Below the pieces are notes generated by a model that saw only the letters and a list, made by a program, of their open reading frames with translations, was not told the origin of the DNA and did not search any database. A program made the position numbers and the translations under genes. From Candidatus Bathyarchaeota archaeon (GTDB lineage Archaea; Thermoproteota; Bathyarchaeia; 40CM-2-53-6; RBG-13-38-9): a DNA stretch of 64,000 nucleotides. The stretch covers positions 154,620 to 218,619 of the forward strand of contig CAWECG010000001.1 of the NCBI GenBank assembly GCA_963807605.1, written 5' to 3'. Numbering within the stretch: the stretch's first letter is position 1; each line of letters opens with the position of its first letter. This document shows positions 1-11,115 of this stretch, one piece after another.

Positions 1-250
1 GCGAACTAATACTGCACGGGGCGGACATGTTGAGTCATGCAAAGTCACTCCTGAGATGGAGGAGCTAGCGTTGAGGACGGCAAATGTTTTCGGGGATGGC
101 ATCTATGGTGTTGACATGATGGAAAGTAAAAACGGTTTGAAGATACATGAGGTGAACTATACGACTGAGTTTAGAAATAGCGTTCCAGCGACGGGCATCG
201 ACATCCCCGGCTTGATTCTTGATTTTGCTGCCGGAAAGAGGAGGAAGTAG
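1..250 (+). CDS. lysX: C-terminal part of LysX/ArgX-type ATP-grasp ligase (RimK family, LysW-gamma-glutamate/aminoadipate ligase); 5' end lies outside the window
   Basis: Frame continuous from position 2 with stop at 248-250. The tail HEVNYTTEF...GIDIPGLILDFAAG is typical of the LysX/ArgX/RimK C-terminus. It lies directly upstream of argC-argB-argD-argE homologs, as in LysW-type clusters. Confidence 0.55.
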   Translation, partial: RTNTARGGHVESCKVTPEMEELALRTANVFGDGIYGVDMMESKNGLKIHEVNYTTEFRNSVPATGIDIPGLILDFAAGKRRK

Positions 251-267
251 TTTCGAAGATTTCAATA

Positions 268-1305
268 GTGGGTGGTTCAGGATACGCCGGAGGCGAACTC
301 ATACGCGAGTTGCTTTTCCATCCAAAAGTCGAGATATCGACGGTCGTCTCAAGGACTTTCGTCGACGAGTACGTATTTCGAGTTCATCCAAACCTTCGCG
401 GGTATACAGAACTGAAATTCTCACCTTTGAACCTCTCGAACATAACCTCTAATTCGGACCTAGTCTTCACGGCAATTCCACACGGAACCTCAGCAGAACT
501 GGTGCCGAAGTTACTCGAGGCCGGTGTGAAAGTAATCGATCTGGGCGCAGACTTCCGGCTGAAGGATCCTGCAGATTATCCGAAATGGTATGGGTGGTCA
601 CATCCACATCCAGAGCTTCTAAAAGAGGCTGTCTATGGTCTTCCTGAATTCCACAGGGAGGAAATCAGAAAGGCGAAACTTGTTGCCTGCGCAGGATGTA
701 TGTCGACAGCAACAATTCTTGCACTCGCACCACCGATCAAAGAACAGGTCATCGATCCTGAAAGAATAGTCGTAGATGCCAAGATTGGCTCCTCAGGGGC
801 CGGCAACGCGCTTACGAAGGCATCTCACCATCCCGAACGCGCTAATAGCGTAAGACCCTACAAGGTAGTTGGCCACAGACACATTCCAGAGATGGAGCAG
901 GAACTTTCGCTACTAACTAATACAAAACCAAGAATATCCTTCTCCCCCCACGCAATCCCGATGATCCGGGGTATCCTGACAACCATCCACACTTTCCCCA
1001 CTAAGAACCTGACACTTCCGGATGTCTGGAAGATGTACCGATCGATGTATGGCCAAGAACCCTTCATACGACTTGTAAAGGACAGAAAAGGCCTCCACCA
1101 GCTTCCTGACCCTAAAGTCACGACAGGCTCAAACTTCTGTGACATCGGATTCGAAATCGACACTCATCTGAATAGAATGATCATTTTCAGCGCGATAGAT
1201 AATCTGGTCAAAGGGGCTTCAGGCCAAGCCGTTCAGTGCTTGAATATAATGCTCGGAATCGATGAGAAGACTGGCATCCCAGGCCCGACCATTTACCCCG
1301 TGTGA
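268..1305 (+). CDS. argC: N-acetyl-gamma-glutamyl-phosphate reductase / LysY-type ([LysW]-aminoadipyl-phosphate reductase)
   Basis: GTG start 268 preceded by a GGAGG RBS at 239-243. N-terminal GGSGYAGGELIRELLFHP NAD-binding fold and a catalytic Cys in the ACAGCMSTA motif are present. 345 aa. Confidence 0.9.
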   Translation: MGGSGYAGGELIRELLFHPKVEISTVVSRTFVDEYVFRVHPNLRGYTELKFSPLNLSNITSNSDLVFTAIPHGTSAELVPKLLEAGVKVIDLGADFRLKDPADYPKWYGWSHPHPELLKEAVYGLPEFHREEIRKAKLVACAGCMSTATILALAPPIKEQVIDPERIVVDAKIGSSGAGNALTKASHHPERANSVRPYKVVGHRHIPEMEQELSLLTNTKPRISFSPHAIPMIRGILTTIHTFPTKNLTLPDVWKMYRSMYGQEPFIRLVKDRKGLHQLPDPKVTTGSNFCDIGFEIDTHLNRMIIFSAIDNLVKGASGQAVQCLNIMLGIDEKTGIPGPTIYPV

Positions 1306-1311
1306 TGATGA

Positions 1312-2118
1312 ATGCTTCTAGTCGTCAAGCTCGGAGGAAGTACCCTTGAAGAGGGTGTCTCGGAAGAGTTTGTTCAAGATGTCAAGAAGGTAACTGGAAA
1401 CCACAAGTTGGTAATCGTGCACGGTGGAGGCGCTAAGGTAACAGAGATAGCGACGAAACTGGGAAAAGAACAGAAATTCGTCGTCTCACCAGAAGGTTTC
1501 AGAAGCAGATACACGGACCGTGAGACTGTTGAAATCTACACGATGGTTATGGCTGGAAAGATAAACAAAGATATGGTCATAGCGCTCCAACGTCACAGCG
1601 TCAACGCCGTCGGCCTCTCAGGTTTGGATGGGTCTTTAGCAAAGGCTGAGCGTAAGAAACAACTCATAATTGTTGACGAGAGAGGTAGAAAGAGGATCAT
1701 TGAAGGAGGCTACACAGGCAAGATAAGCAAGATCAATCCTGGTCTCATTAATCTTCTTGTTGAGAATGGCTACACACCTGTAATCGCTCCAGTTGCTATT
1801 GGATCAGAGGGCGAACCGCTAAATATCGACGGAGACCGCATGGCTGCAAACATCGCAGGCGCGCTCAAGGCTGACATGCTAATCCTGCTAACCGATGTCA
1901 AAGGCGTCGAGTTGGATGGTAAGCTAGTGCCAAAGATGGACCTTCTAGAAGCCAAAGACGCACTTCCACGCATAGGGCACGGAATGATAACGAAGATCTA
2001 CGCTGCCATAGAGGCCATTGAGAATGGCGTGAGAAAGGTCGCGATATCGCCAGGTCTTGAGCCATCCTCAATCTCGCTGTCTATTGAGAACAAATGTGGT
2101 ACTGTGATAGAACGATGA
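1312..2118 (+). CDS. argB: acetylglutamate kinase / LysZ-type amino acid kinase
   Basis: KLGGS...VHGGG amino-acid-kinase motifs. 268 aa. Stop overlaps the next start in an ATGA. Confidence 0.9.
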   Translation: MLLVVKLGGSTLEEGVSEEFVQDVKKVTGNHKLVIVHGGGAKVTEIATKLGKEQKFVVSPEGFRSRYTDRETVEIYTMVMAGKINKDMVIALQRHSVNAVGLSGLDGSLAKAERKKQLIIVDERGRKRIIEGGYTGKISKINPGLINLLVENGYTPVIAPVAIGSEGEPLNIDGDRMAANIAGALKADMLILLTDVKGVELDGKLVPKMDLLEAKDALPRIGHGMITKIYAAIEAIENGVRKVAISPGLEPSSISLSIENKCGTVIER

Positions 2119-3314
2119 ATGAGCAGGAAATAATTGACGTCGAAAAGGTCCACATGGCAAATGTCTATGCCAAGAAGAACCTCGTAATAGTCAGGGGTCA
2201 AGGGGCCAAGCTATGGGACGTCAACAACAGAGAATACATAGACTGCATGGGCAGCTACGGCGTCTCAATCGTTGGCCATTGCCATCCCAAAGTAGTTGAA
2301 GCAGTAAAAAAGCAATCTGAGACACTCATTTCATGTCACAGCTCATTATACAACGATTCAAGATCACAATTCCTTGAAAGGCTAGTTCAGATCACCCCAA
2401 AAGGTCTCGACAAAGCATACCTCTCGAACAGCGGTGCCGAAGCTGTAGAATGTGCCATCAAGCTGGCAAGAAAGTATTCCGGGAAGAAAGAGGTGATAGC
2501 AATGATGGGCGCCTATCATGGAAAAACGATGGGAGCACTTTCAGCCACATGGGATAAGAAATACCGTGAGCCCTTTCTACCATTAGTTCCCGGCTTCAAG
2601 CACGTACCCTACGGAAATTCAACAAAGCTCAAAGGAGCTCTTACCGAGGAGACTGCAGCTGTAATGGTTGAGCCGATACAGGGCGAAGGAGGAGTGCGAA
2701 TCCCCCCTGATGGTTACCTAAAAGAGGTTAGAGAGATCTGCGACGAGAAAGGAATCCTTATGGTGGCAGATGAAGTTCAGACTGGCTTCGGCCGGACTGG
2801 GAAGGTCTTTGCATGCGAACATTCGAAAATCACTCCAGACATAATGTGTCTTGCAAAAGCCGTCGCCGGAGGTCTCCCTCTTGGAATAACACTCGCAACA
2901 CAGGAAATCATGTCGTCACTTAGGGTAGGCGAACACTCGACAACCTTTGGTGGCAACCCACTTGTTTGCGCTGCGGCGAGAGCAGCTATCGACGTACTCA
3001 TCGATGAAAGGCTTCCTGAGAGAGCCGCTGAACTCGGAGCCTACTTCATTGAGAAGCTGAAGAAGCTGCAGGCCGAACATAATACGTTACGCGAAGTCAG
3101 AGGACTGGGCCTGATGATAGGTATCGAATCCAGATTCGATGTCTTTAATCTATTGCAGAATTTAATGTCCAGAGGAGTGATCGCCTTGGACGCTGGAAGA
3201 AACATAGTCCGTTTTCTTCCACCATTGGTGATTTTAAGAGAACAACTTGACAAGGTAGCCGAATCCATGGATGCAGCCTTAGTGGGGGAAGAGGAAAATA
3301 GAGCACGAGGTTGA
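2115..3314 (+). CDS. argD: acetylornithine/LysW-lysine aminotransferase (class III PLP aminotransferase)
   Basis: ATG 2115 overlaps the argB stop. Class III aminotransferase motifs are present, including the PLP-lysine region [12 protein letters not shown]. About 400 aa. Confidence 0.9.
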   Translation: MNEQEIIDVEKVHMANVYAKKNLVIVRGQGAKLWDVNNREYIDCMGSYGVSIVGHCHPKVVEAVKKQSETLISCHSSLYNDSRSQFLERLVQITPKGLDKAYLSNSGAEAVECAIKLARKYSGKKEVIAMMGAYHGKTMGALSATWDKKYREPFLPLVPGFKHVPYGNSTKLKGALTEETAAVMVEPIQGEGGVRIPPDGYLKEVREICDEKGILMVADEVQTGFGRTGKVFACEHSKITPDIMCLAKAVAGGLPLGITLATQEIMSSLRVGEHSTTFGGNPLVCAAARAAIDVLIDERLPERAAELGAYFIEKLKKLQAEHNTLREVRGLGLMIGIESRFDVFNLLQNLMSRGVIALDAGRNIVRFLPPLVILREQLDKVAESMDAALVGEEENRARG

Positions 3315-3315
3315 A

Positions 3316-4404
3316 GTGCTGGTCGAGATGCTCCGACGGTATAGTCCCAGCGGAGAAGAAAGAAATCTCGCAGAGTATCTCAGAAAGGAACTGGAAGGGA
3401 ACAATTTCAACGTGCACCTAGATGATGCTGGAAATGTGATAGGCACACGAGGTAAGGGCCCTCCAACGCTGCTACTGTGTGGGCATATGGATACAGTTCC
3501 CGGAAAGCTGGAGGTTAGAGTCGAAGGAGACGTTATTTACGGGAGAGGCGCCGTCGACGCAAAAGCCCCGCTTGCGAGTATGATCGTGGGTGCATCCAAG
3601 AGTGCTGAACAGATGGGCAAGATAATAGTGGCTTGTGCTGTGGACGAGGAAGGGCAAGGAAAGGGAATAAGGCAACTGATTAACGACGATGTTCAAGCAG
3701 ACTATGCAATATTTGGAGAACCGAGCAGATCGTGGAATGTTACCATCGGCTACAAAGGAAGCCTACACCTATTGTTAGAATGCACCGGTGAGACTGGCCA
3801 TTCATCAGCACCTTGGCTCTTCGACAACGCGATCGAGAAGACCTACAAATTTTGGGAAGCGATGAAGGGGTATCGCTTCGAAGAGGAGAAGGCCGAAAGC
3901 CGCTTCTACTCAGTGACTTGGTGCTTGACCAGATTGAATGGGGGAGGCTCCTCGAGTGTGATTCCGTCACGATGCGAGGCAGAGATAGATATTCGCACTC
4001 CTCCACAAATCCCACCTGAGGTCGTATTAAGCAGGCTTGAGGGACTCCTCGAGGAATTCAGCAAGACCAACCCAAAGACGAAACTGAAGTTGAACTCTAT
4101 GGGTACCGTTCAAGCATACGAGTCTGACTCCAGATCTCTACTCGTCAGGGCCCTAACCTACGCCATCAGAAAGATCTTTCAACAATCACCAACACTTCTG
4201 AGGAAGACGGGCACGGGCGATATGAATGAACTGGGATCTACATTGAAGATACCGATGGTATCGTACGGACCCGGTGACTCACATCTTGACCACACATCCG
4301 ACGAGCATATCTCGATATCAGAGTACCTATCGAGCATCAAGGTCTACCAAGAAGCCATTTCCAGACTATTCGACCTACATAGATCCCGAGAACGAGGTGA
4401 CTGA
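3316..4404 (+). CDS. argE: M20-family deacylase (ArgE/LysK, [LysW]-lysine/ornithine hydrolase)
   Basis: M20 metal-site motifs (HMDTV, DAKAP-like GAVDAKA). Placed last in the arg/lys cluster. 362 aa. Confidence 0.8.
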   Translation: MLVEMLRRYSPSGEERNLAEYLRKELEGNNFNVHLDDAGNVIGTRGKGPPTLLLCGHMDTVPGKLEVRVEGDVIYGRGAVDAKAPLASMIVGASKSAEQMGKIIVACAVDEEGQGKGIRQLINDDVQADYAIFGEPSRSWNVTIGYKGSLHLLLECTGETGHSSAPWLFDNAIEKTYKFWEAMKGYRFEEEKAESRFYSVTWCLTRLNGGGSSSVIPSRCEAEIDIRTPPQIPPEVVLSRLEGLLEEFSKTNPKTKLKLNSMGTVQAYESDSRSLLVRALTYAIRKIFQQSPTLLRKTGTGDMNELGSTLKIPMVSYGPGDSHLDHTSDEHISISEYLSSIKVYQEAISRLFDLHRSRERGD

Positions 4405-5800
4405 GCTGAGCAGCAGAAAGATCACTCACGATGTTCTACTTCTCGATACAACCTTGAGGGAAGGAGAACAGACTCCGGGAGTCACTTTCACAATAGAAGA
4501 GAAACTCGAAATAGCCAAGAAACTGGACGAAATAGGCATCGATATGATCGAGGCTGGAGACCCCAATGTCTCAAGCGATGTCAAGGAAGCCATCCGAAGG
4601 ATTGCGAAGGAGGGGCTGAAAGCCGAGATACTTGCTCACTGCAGGGCCTTGATCCCCGACGTAGAGAACGCTGCCTCATGCGAGGTCGATAGAATCGCAA
4701 TATTCCTAGGTACTTCAAAGTCTCACCTCCAATACAAGCTGAAGAAAGATGAAGACAAGGCGATCGAATTAGTCTCAAAGGCGATAGAACATGCCAAGGA
4801 CCAAGGATTGAAGGTCAGGTTCACTGCTGAGGACGCATCGAGGACTGACCGCGGTTTTCTTTTGAGAATCTGCAGGGAAGCACAGGATACTGGGGCAGAT
4901 AGGATAAGCATCCCCGACACAGTTGGAATAATGATGCCAGATGCTGTCCGTGAACTATTTCAGGATCTCAGTCATGAACTCAAAGCCCAACTGGACACAC
5001 ATTGCCACAACGACCTCGGCCTTGCTACCGCCAATACCTTGGCAGGACTTGAGGGAGGGGCTACCGCAGCTCATGTCACTATCAACGGCCTAGGGGAGAG
5101 GAGCGGAATAGCGCCACTTAGCGAAGTCGCGGTTGCCCTGAAAGTGCATTATGGAATCGAGACTGTTAAGCTCGAATCTCTACCTGCATTATCGCTTTTG
5201 ATTGAACGGTTTAGCGGTATTGTCCCCGCGCCAAACACGCCTATAATTGGAGAGAACGCCTTCACCCACAAGGCAGGCATTCATGTCGCAGGTGTCTTGG
5301 CTAATCCGTCAACTTACGAGGGTTTTCCGCCAGACTTGATCGGTAGACAAAGGGACATAATCATAGACAAGTATACGGGGATTCATGCAGTCAGATCGAG
5401 GCTCGAGAGATTGGGTGTCTCTCTCAACGAGAATCAACTTACGAGCGTCGTCCAAGCCATAAAAGAGAGACCGACCATCAGCAGATTTAGAGACGCAGAT
5501 ATAATTGAGTTAGCCGAGCGAGTGACTGGTAAAACCCTCAAGGCTCAGGTTCCCAGCAAAGTGGAAGCTCTCTTGAGAGTAAAGTGTGAATCAAACGTTT
5601 ACACAACGGCGATAGCTAGGAAAATCCGGGCTCTCAAGAAAGTAACCAAGGTGTACGAGGTAACTGGAAATTACGACATCGAAGCTACTATAACCGCCGA
5701 TTCTACCTTCGACCTGAATGAAATCCTGGAGAGGATAAGAGAGATTGAGGGTGTCGAAGCAACCGAGACTCAACTGGTTTTGAAAAAGTTTGAGACATAG
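4397..5800 (+). CDS. homocitrate synthase / 2-isopropylmalate synthase family enzyme with C-terminal RAM/ACT-like regulatory domain (likely lysine-pathway HCS)
   Basis: LLLDTTLREGEQTPGV and HxH(N)D motifs of the DRE-TIM aldolase family. Start inferred at GTG 4397, overlapping the argE stop; the track ORF starts further upstream at 4274. A C-terminal ~80 aa domain (VYEVTGNYDIEATI...IEGV) resembles Lrp/RAM effector domains. It sits adjacent to the LysW cluster. Confidence 0.7.
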   Translation: MTELSSRKITHDVLLLDTTLREGEQTPGVTFTIEEKLEIAKKLDEIGIDMIEAGDPNVSSDVKEAIRRIAKEGLKAEILAHCRALIPDVENAASCEVDRIAIFLGTSKSHLQYKLKKDEDKAIELVSKAIEHAKDQGLKVRFTAEDASRTDRGFLLRICREAQDTGADRISIPDTVGIMMPDAVRELFQDLSHELKAQLDTHCHNDLGLATANTLAGLEGGATAAHVTINGLGERSGIAPLSEVAVALKVHYGIETVKLESLPALSLLIERFSGIVPAPNTPIIGENAFTHKAGIHVAGVLANPSTYEGFPPDLIGRQRDIIIDKYTGIHAVRSRLERLGVSLNENQLTSVVQAIKERPTISRFRDADIIELAERVTGKTLKAQVPSKVEALLRVKCESNVYTTAIARKIRALKKVTKVYEVTGNYDIEATITADSTFDLNEILERIREIEGVEATETQLVLKKFET

Positions 5801-5987
5801 ACTTTCACCAATAAACTTATAGGCAAATGAAAAGATTTTATGCAAGAAACCGGGCGATGAGTGAAGGCGAGATGTTACCAGTGGCATATCCAAGACTCCC
5901 CCATTGCTTGAAGTTGATAGCGCTGCTCATCGTCGTTTTAGTACTTCTAGTGTAGCCTGAGCAGCGAACTCTCTGTTATTGCTGCGC

Positions 5988-6001
5988 GGGTCGTATAAAA
6001 C
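5988..6001 (+). promoter_or_regulatory. candidate archaeal TATA box (TATAAAA, 5994-6000) for a leaderless ilvB transcript
   Basis: TATAAAA is centred about 26 nt upstream of the ilvB TTG start at 6023. The 222 nt upstream region is non-coding and no attenuator-like leader peptide was seen. Confidence 0.35.
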
Positions 6002-6022
6002 AACAGTAGAGATGATAAAAAT

Positions 6023-7702
6023 TTGGTGAAATTAACCGGCGCCAAGGCGCTGGTGGAATCGCTGGAAAGAGAGAAAGTACAGACTATGTTCGGCATACCA
6101 GGTGGGCAGATAATGCCTGTCTACGACGTACTACTGGACTCTAAGATCAGACACATACTCGCAAGACACGAACAATCGGCAGCCCACATGGCAGATGGGT
6201 ATGCAAGGGCTGGCGGAAGAACCGGAGTCTGTATGGCAACCTCTGGTCCTGGGGCCACGAATTTGGTGACTGGATTAGCTACTGCACACTTAGACTCATC
6301 ACCAATAGTGGCTGTGACAGGCCAAGTTCCCACCCCACAGATAGGTCTTGATGCTTTCCAAGAGGCGGATATAATAGGCATAGGAAGTCCAGTTACCAAA
6401 TACAGCTTCCAACCGCGTAAGGCTGAGGAGATACCATTAGCCGTTAAGCAAGCCTTCTTCATAGCCCAGACAGGAAGAAAAGGTCCCGTCCTAATAGATC
6501 TACCCAGAGATGTTCAATTAGAGTCGGCTGAAATGGAATTTCCAGATAGGGTTGAGATTAGAGGATACAGAACAGTCTACAAGCCAGACCCAGAGAAAAT
6601 AGGCCGAGCGGCAGAGATGTTGGTCAGAGCTGAGAGGCCGCTTATACTAGCAGGCGGAGGAGTAAGTCTAGCAAATGCTTCTAGCGGGTTACAAAAACTA
6701 TCTGAATTACTCTTGGCACCGGTCGCTACCTCATTAATGGGTAAAGGTACTTTCCCAGAAGATCATCCTCTTTCCATAGGCACCATAGGAATGCACGGTA
6801 CAAGAGAAGCTAACCAGTTGATCTACGAAACTGACATCCTATTAGCTATCGGTTGCCGATTCAGTGACAGAACAACTGGAAAGGTGGATGAGTTCTGCCC
6901 AACCTCACACGTCATACATATAGACATCGATCCCACGGAGATTGGAAAGAACAAGTGTGTGAATCTCGCAATAGTAAGTGATGCAGGCATGGCACTCGAA
7001 GAACTCTGCAGCGCATTGCGTAGGAAAATAGAATCGAGAAAGGACACCCCTTGGTCGAGGAAAGTTAAGGAAGTCAAAGAATCCTTCGCAAACAAGATAG
7101 AAAACTCTGGCAAAGAGTTGACTCCCCCAAAGATCCTAAAAGAACTTCGTAGATTGTTGCCATTGCAGTCAATAGTCACGACTGAAGTAGGTCAGAATCA
7201 AATGTGGGCTTCACTATACTTTAAGGCTCTGCAGCCACGCACTTTCATCACTTCAGGCGGATTTGGATGTATGGGATACGGTTTTCCCGCCTCTCTGGGT
7301 GCGAAAGTCGCCAAGCCTGACGTGCCAGTCCTGGACATAGCTGGAGACGGAAGCTTCCAGATGACAGAAAACTCTCTGGCAACGTCGATATCTGAGAAGA
7401 TACCCGTCACAGTCTTGATACTCAATAACAGGATGTTGGGAATGGTTGCACAGTGGCAGAGGCTGTTCTACAACCGGAGATACTCCGCCGTTCAGTTAGG
7501 TAAAGTTCCAGACTTTGCGAGACTCGCCGAGGCCTACGGAGCTGAGGGAATACGCGTCGGCTCGATCAAGGAAATGTCGGAAGCAGTCAAGAAATCCTTA
7601 CGAAGCGATGTTACAACAGTCATAGACGTCCCAATCGATCCCGAAGAAAACGTATTGCCAATGGTGCCTGGAGGATACGGCCTGAAAGATGTCATAGGGT
7701 GA
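6023..7702 (+). CDS. ilvB: acetolactate synthase large subunit (TPP-dependent)
   Basis: TTG start. TPP and FAD-binding motifs are present, including GDGSFQM...N. 559 aa. Confidence 0.9.
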   Translation: MVKLTGAKALVESLEREKVQTMFGIPGGQIMPVYDVLLDSKIRHILARHEQSAAHMADGYARAGGRTGVCMATSGPGATNLVTGLATAHLDSSPIVAVTGQVPTPQIGLDAFQEADIIGIGSPVTKYSFQPRKAEEIPLAVKQAFFIAQTGRKGPVLIDLPRDVQLESAEMEFPDRVEIRGYRTVYKPDPEKIGRAAEMLVRAERPLILAGGGVSLANASSGLQKLSELLLAPVATSLMGKGTFPEDHPLSIGTIGMHGTREANQLIYETDILLAIGCRFSDRTTGKVDEFCPTSHVIHIDIDPTEIGKNKCVNLAIVSDAGMALEELCSALRRKIESRKDTPWSRKVKEVKESFANKIENSGKELTPPKILKELRRLLPLQSIVTTEVGQNQMWASLYFKALQPRTFITSGGFGCMGYGFPASLGAKVAKPDVPVLDIAGDGSFQMTENSLATSISEKIPVTVLILNNRMLGMVAQWQRLFYNRRYSAVQLGKVPDFARLAEAYGAEGIRVGSIKEMSEAVKKSLRSDVTTVIDVPIDPEENVLPMVPGGYGLKDVIG

Positions 7703-8215
7703 AAATGTTGACAAAGACATTTGTAATATCCGCATTGGTTGAACATAAACCAGGTGTTCTCTATAAGGTCTCGAACATGTTCTGGCGCCGCGGCTTCAAC
7801 ATTGAGAGCGTATCCATTGGAACTGCGGAGAAGGAAGACTTGGCTAGAATGACGATAACTATCAAGGGTGAGGAGAAAGATGCCGAGCAGCTTGTCGGCC
7901 AGCTTGAGAAACTGATAGATGTCCTCAAAGCTCAACGGCTCGACCCGGAAAAAGCCGTTATGAGAGAGCTTGCCCTCATCAAACTCAGCGCCGTAGACCA
8001 AAAGAATCCGCTCGGACATCTTCCATTACGTCGAGGTATTTAGGGGAAGGATAGTTGATGTCTCCCCGGAGACGGCTACCGTCGAGATAGTTGGGAGTAA
8101 GGACAAGATAGACGCGTTCATCAATCTGACGCGCAACTTCGGGTTAGTGGAGGTTGCTAGGACCGGTGAGACTGCTCTTATAAGGGGACCAGAATCTGTA
8201 AGGATAAGCGAATAA
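7699..8215 (+). pseudogene. ilvN: acetolactate synthase small subunit (ACT domain), disrupted by a +1 frameshift at the A4 run 8000-8003. Possibly a sequencing error
   Basis: Frame 1 (7699-8043) encodes the ACT domain and ends ...LIKLSAVDQKNPLGHLPLRRGI*. The conserved C-terminus KRIRSDIFHYVEVFRGRIVDVSPETATVEIVGSKDKIDAFINLTRNFGLVEVARTGETALIRG continues in frame 2, which opens only after a stop at 7994-7996 and runs to a stop at 8213-8215. Deleting one A of the AAAA run joins the two parts into a ~171 aa IlvH-like protein. Confidence 0.7.
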
Positions 8216-8228
8216 GGTGATTTAGAGT

Positions 8229-9233
8229 ATGGCAAAAGTATTTCACGACAAAGATGCAGACCTAAAGTATCTTGAAGGAAAGACCATAGCCGTTATCGGC
8301 TACGGTAACCAAGGGCACGCTCAAGCCCTGACATTCAGAGACTCGGGCATCAACGTAGTAGTAGGCTTAAGACCTGGAGGAAAATCCTGGAAATTGGCGG
8401 AGCAGGAAGGGTTCAAACCTCTAACAGTGGACGAGGCAGCGAAGAAGGCGGACATCATACACATGCTGTTTCCAGACCTTGAACAGCCGGCAGTCTACAA
8501 GAAATCCATCGAACCGAACCTCAAAGCCGGCAAGACAATCAGCTGCTCACACGCATACAATATACACTTCAAACAGATAATCCCGCCAAAGAACGTAGAC
8601 GTCATCATGGTGGCGCCGAAGAGCCCCGGCTCAAGACTCAGAGAGATCTACAAGCAAGGCTTCGGTGTACCTGCGCTAATAGCGGTCTACCAAGACGTCT
8701 CCGGCAAAGCGAAAGGGACAGTGCTTGCAATGGCCAAAGCTTTGGGCGCAACGAAGGCAGGAGTGATAGAGACGACATTCAAAGAAGAAGCCGAGACCGA
8801 CATAATAGGCGAACAGATAGTCCTCGGAGGGGGATCAATGGAACTGATCAAGAAGGGCTTCGAAGTCCTCGTTGAGGCGGGCTATCAACCTGAACTCGCA
8901 TACTTCGAGGTTGCTAATGAGCTGAAGCTCATGGTCGATCTTCTCTACGAAGGCGGGCTAACTAGGATGATGAAGATGATATCCCACACGGCGCAGTACG
9001 GTAGCATGACCGTCGGTCCTCGAGTGATAGATGACCACGTGAAGGAGAACATGCGCAAGGTTGTAAAATTCGTTCAGAGCGGTGAATTCGCAAGAGAGTG
9101 GAGCGGTGACCCTCAGAAGAGCATGGAGAGACTGAACAAGCTGATGAAGGAGCTTGAGGAACACCCGGTAGAGAAGGTTGGGAAAACAATCAGACAGATG
9201 GCTGGAACCGAGAGAGGTGCCACTGCCTACTGA
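8229..9233 (+). CDS. ilvC: ketol-acid reductoisomerase (class I)
   Basis: [15 protein letters not shown] motif. 334 aa. Confidence 0.95.
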   Translation: MAKVFHDKDADLKYLEGKTIAVIGYGNQGHAQALTFRDSGINVVVGLRPGGKSWKLAEQEGFKPLTVDEAAKKADIIHMLFPDLEQPAVYKKSIEPNLKAGKTISCSHAYNIHFKQIIPPKNVDVIMVAPKSPGSRLREIYKQGFGVPALIAVYQDVSGKAKGTVLAMAKALGATKAGVIETTFKEEAETDIIGEQIVLGGGSMELIKKGFEVLVEAGYQPELAYFEVANELKLMVDLLYEGGLTRMMKMISHTAQYGSMTVGPRVIDDHVKENMRKVVKFVQSGEFAREWSGDPQKSMERLNKLMKELEEHPVEKVGKTIRQMAGTERGATAY

Positions 9234-9280
9234 CTGTGATCAATGAATTCCATACCTAGCATTCGAAAACCATGCGAAAA

Positions 9281-9296
9281 TCACTCTTTTTTTCCG
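9281..9296 (+). terminator. oligo-T tract (T7) downstream of ilvC, candidate archaeal terminator
   Basis: A CTCTTTTTTTCC tract lies 50 nt after the ilvC stop. Confidence 0.3.
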
Positions 9297-9352
9297 AAAA
9301 CTCTTTATTAGAGTACGATATGATGTTTAGGCAACATGGCAGGCTATGAAAA

Positions 9353-10615
9353 TTGAACATATTCGAAAAGATCCTCGCTAGGGCATCGGAAAGAAAGGAA
9401 GTAACCCCAGGGGAGATAGTCGAAGCAAACATCGATATGGCGATGATTCACGACCTAACCGGTCCTCTAACAGTGGACTCCTTCCGTAAGATTGGCGCCG
9501 AGAAAGTATGGGACCCAAAGAAGATAGTGGTAATTTTTGACCACTTGGTTCCTCCAAGCACCGTCAGGGCTGCTACCCTCCAAAAAGGAGTCAGAGAATT
9601 CGTGAGAGAACAAGGAATCAGAAGCTTCTACGATGTCGGCCAAGGAGGGGTCTGCCACCAAGTCTTTCATGAGAAGGGATATGCAAGACCCGGTGAACTG
9701 GTCGTCGGTGCCGACTCACACACATGCACCTACGGAGCACTAGGAGCCTTAGCTACTGGAATAGGATCAACCGAGATGGCAGCAGTCTTTACAACAGGAA
9801 GAATGTGGTTCAAAGTGCCTAAAGTCATGAAGATCCATACTAGCGGAAAATTCGAGAAAAATGTTACCTCAAAGGATCTCATACTAAGAATAATCGGAGA
9901 TATTGGAGAGGGTGGAGCAATATACAAGGGAATGGAATTCACAGGTCCAACATTCACAAACATGAGCATTGATGGAAGATTAACAGTATGTAATATGGTG
10001 GTCGAGGCAGGAGCAAAAGCAGGCATAGTCCCGCCAGACAACAAAACCCTCACTTACGTCAGAGCAAGAACAAAGAAACCATTCAAACCATTAAAAAGTG
10101 ATAAAGACGAAGCTTATGAAGAGCAGCTAGAATACGATGTTTCAAAACTAGCTGCTCAAGTAGCCTGCCCCTCATCAGTTGATAACGTCAAACCTGCATC
10201 TGAACTGTCTAACGTAAAAGTAGACCAAGTATTCATAGGATCATGCACAAACGGACGAATCGAAGATCTCAGGTTCGCTGCATCAATCCTGAAGGGTAAA
10301 AACCTTCACCGCGATGTCCGAATGATCGTAAGCCCCTCATCCCAACAAGTATACAGCCAATGCCTCAAAGAGGGGCTGTTCCAAATATTCATGGAAGCTG
10401 GCGCAATAGTGACCAATGCAACGTGCGGGCCCTGTCTGGGTGGACATATGGGATTACTAGCTGCAGGAGAGGTCTGTATCAGTACCTCAAATCGTAATTT
10501 CATAGGCAGAATGGGAAGCCCTCAATCCTACGTTTACCTGGCTAATCCAGCTACAGCAGCAGCATCTGGAATAGCTGGATACATAATCGATCCAAATGAA
10601 TTGAGGAGGAGATGA
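9353..10615 (+). CDS. leuC: 3-isopropylmalate / homoaconitate dehydratase large subunit (aconitase family)
   Basis: TTG start. Aconitase-family Fe-S cysteines are present. 420 aa. Confidence 0.9.
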   Translation: MNIFEKILARASERKEVTPGEIVEANIDMAMIHDLTGPLTVDSFRKIGAEKVWDPKKIVVIFDHLVPPSTVRAATLQKGVREFVREQGIRSFYDVGQGGVCHQVFHEKGYARPGELVVGADSHTCTYGALGALATGIGSTEMAAVFTTGRMWFKVPKVMKIHTSGKFEKNVTSKDLILRIIGDIGEGGAIYKGMEFTGPTFTNMSIDGRLTVCNMVVEAGAKAGIVPPDNKTLTYVRARTKKPFKPLKSDKDEAYEEQLEYDVSKLAAQVACPSSVDNVKPASELSNVKVDQVFIGSCTNGRIEDLRFAASILKGKNLHRDVRMIVSPSSQQVYSQCLKEGLFQIFMEAGAIVTNATCGPCLGGHMGLLAAGEVCISTSNRNFIGRMGSPQSYVYLANPATAAASGIAGYIIDPNELRRR

Positions 10616-11115
10616 AGTTGATCATTACTGCAAAAGCTGTAAAGTTTGGAAACAATATAAACACAGACGTAATCCTACCGGGTAAATATCTTGAATTGAT
10701 CGATCCTAACGAACTAGGAAAACATGCATTGGAAGGACTTGATCCAACCTTCCCGCAGAGAGCAAAAGAAGGTGTAATAATCGTAGGTGGCAAGAACTTC
10801 GGTTGCGGATCAAGCAGAGAACAAGCCCCAATAGCTCTAAAGGCGGCAGGAGTTAAATGTGTCCTCGCTGAGTCATTCGCAAGGATCTTCTATAGGAACG
10901 CGATAAACATAGGGCTGCCGGCCCTAGAATGCTCAGGCATCTCAGAAAAAACCAATGAAAGTGACTCGATCTCTATAAACTTGAAAGACGGAATTGTGGA
11001 AAACCACACTAAAGGAATCACCTTAAAGACCTCCCCTATGCCCGAGTTTATCATGAATCTATTAGAAGAAGGAGGCCTCATCCCTCATACAAGAGGCCTG
11101 ATCGGTAAAAAATGA
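10612..11115 (+). CDS. leuD: 3-isopropylmalate / homoaconitate dehydratase small subunit
   Basis: Aconitase swivel domain with an overlapping ATGA start. 167 aa. Confidence 0.9.
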   Translation: MKLIITAKAVKFGNNINTDVILPGKYLELIDPNELGKHALEGLDPTFPQRAKEGVIIVGGKNFGCGSSREQAPIALKAAGVKCVLAESFARIFYRNAINIGLPALECSGISEKTNESDSISINLKDGIVENHTKGITLKTSPMPEFIMNLLEEGGLIPHTRGLIGKK

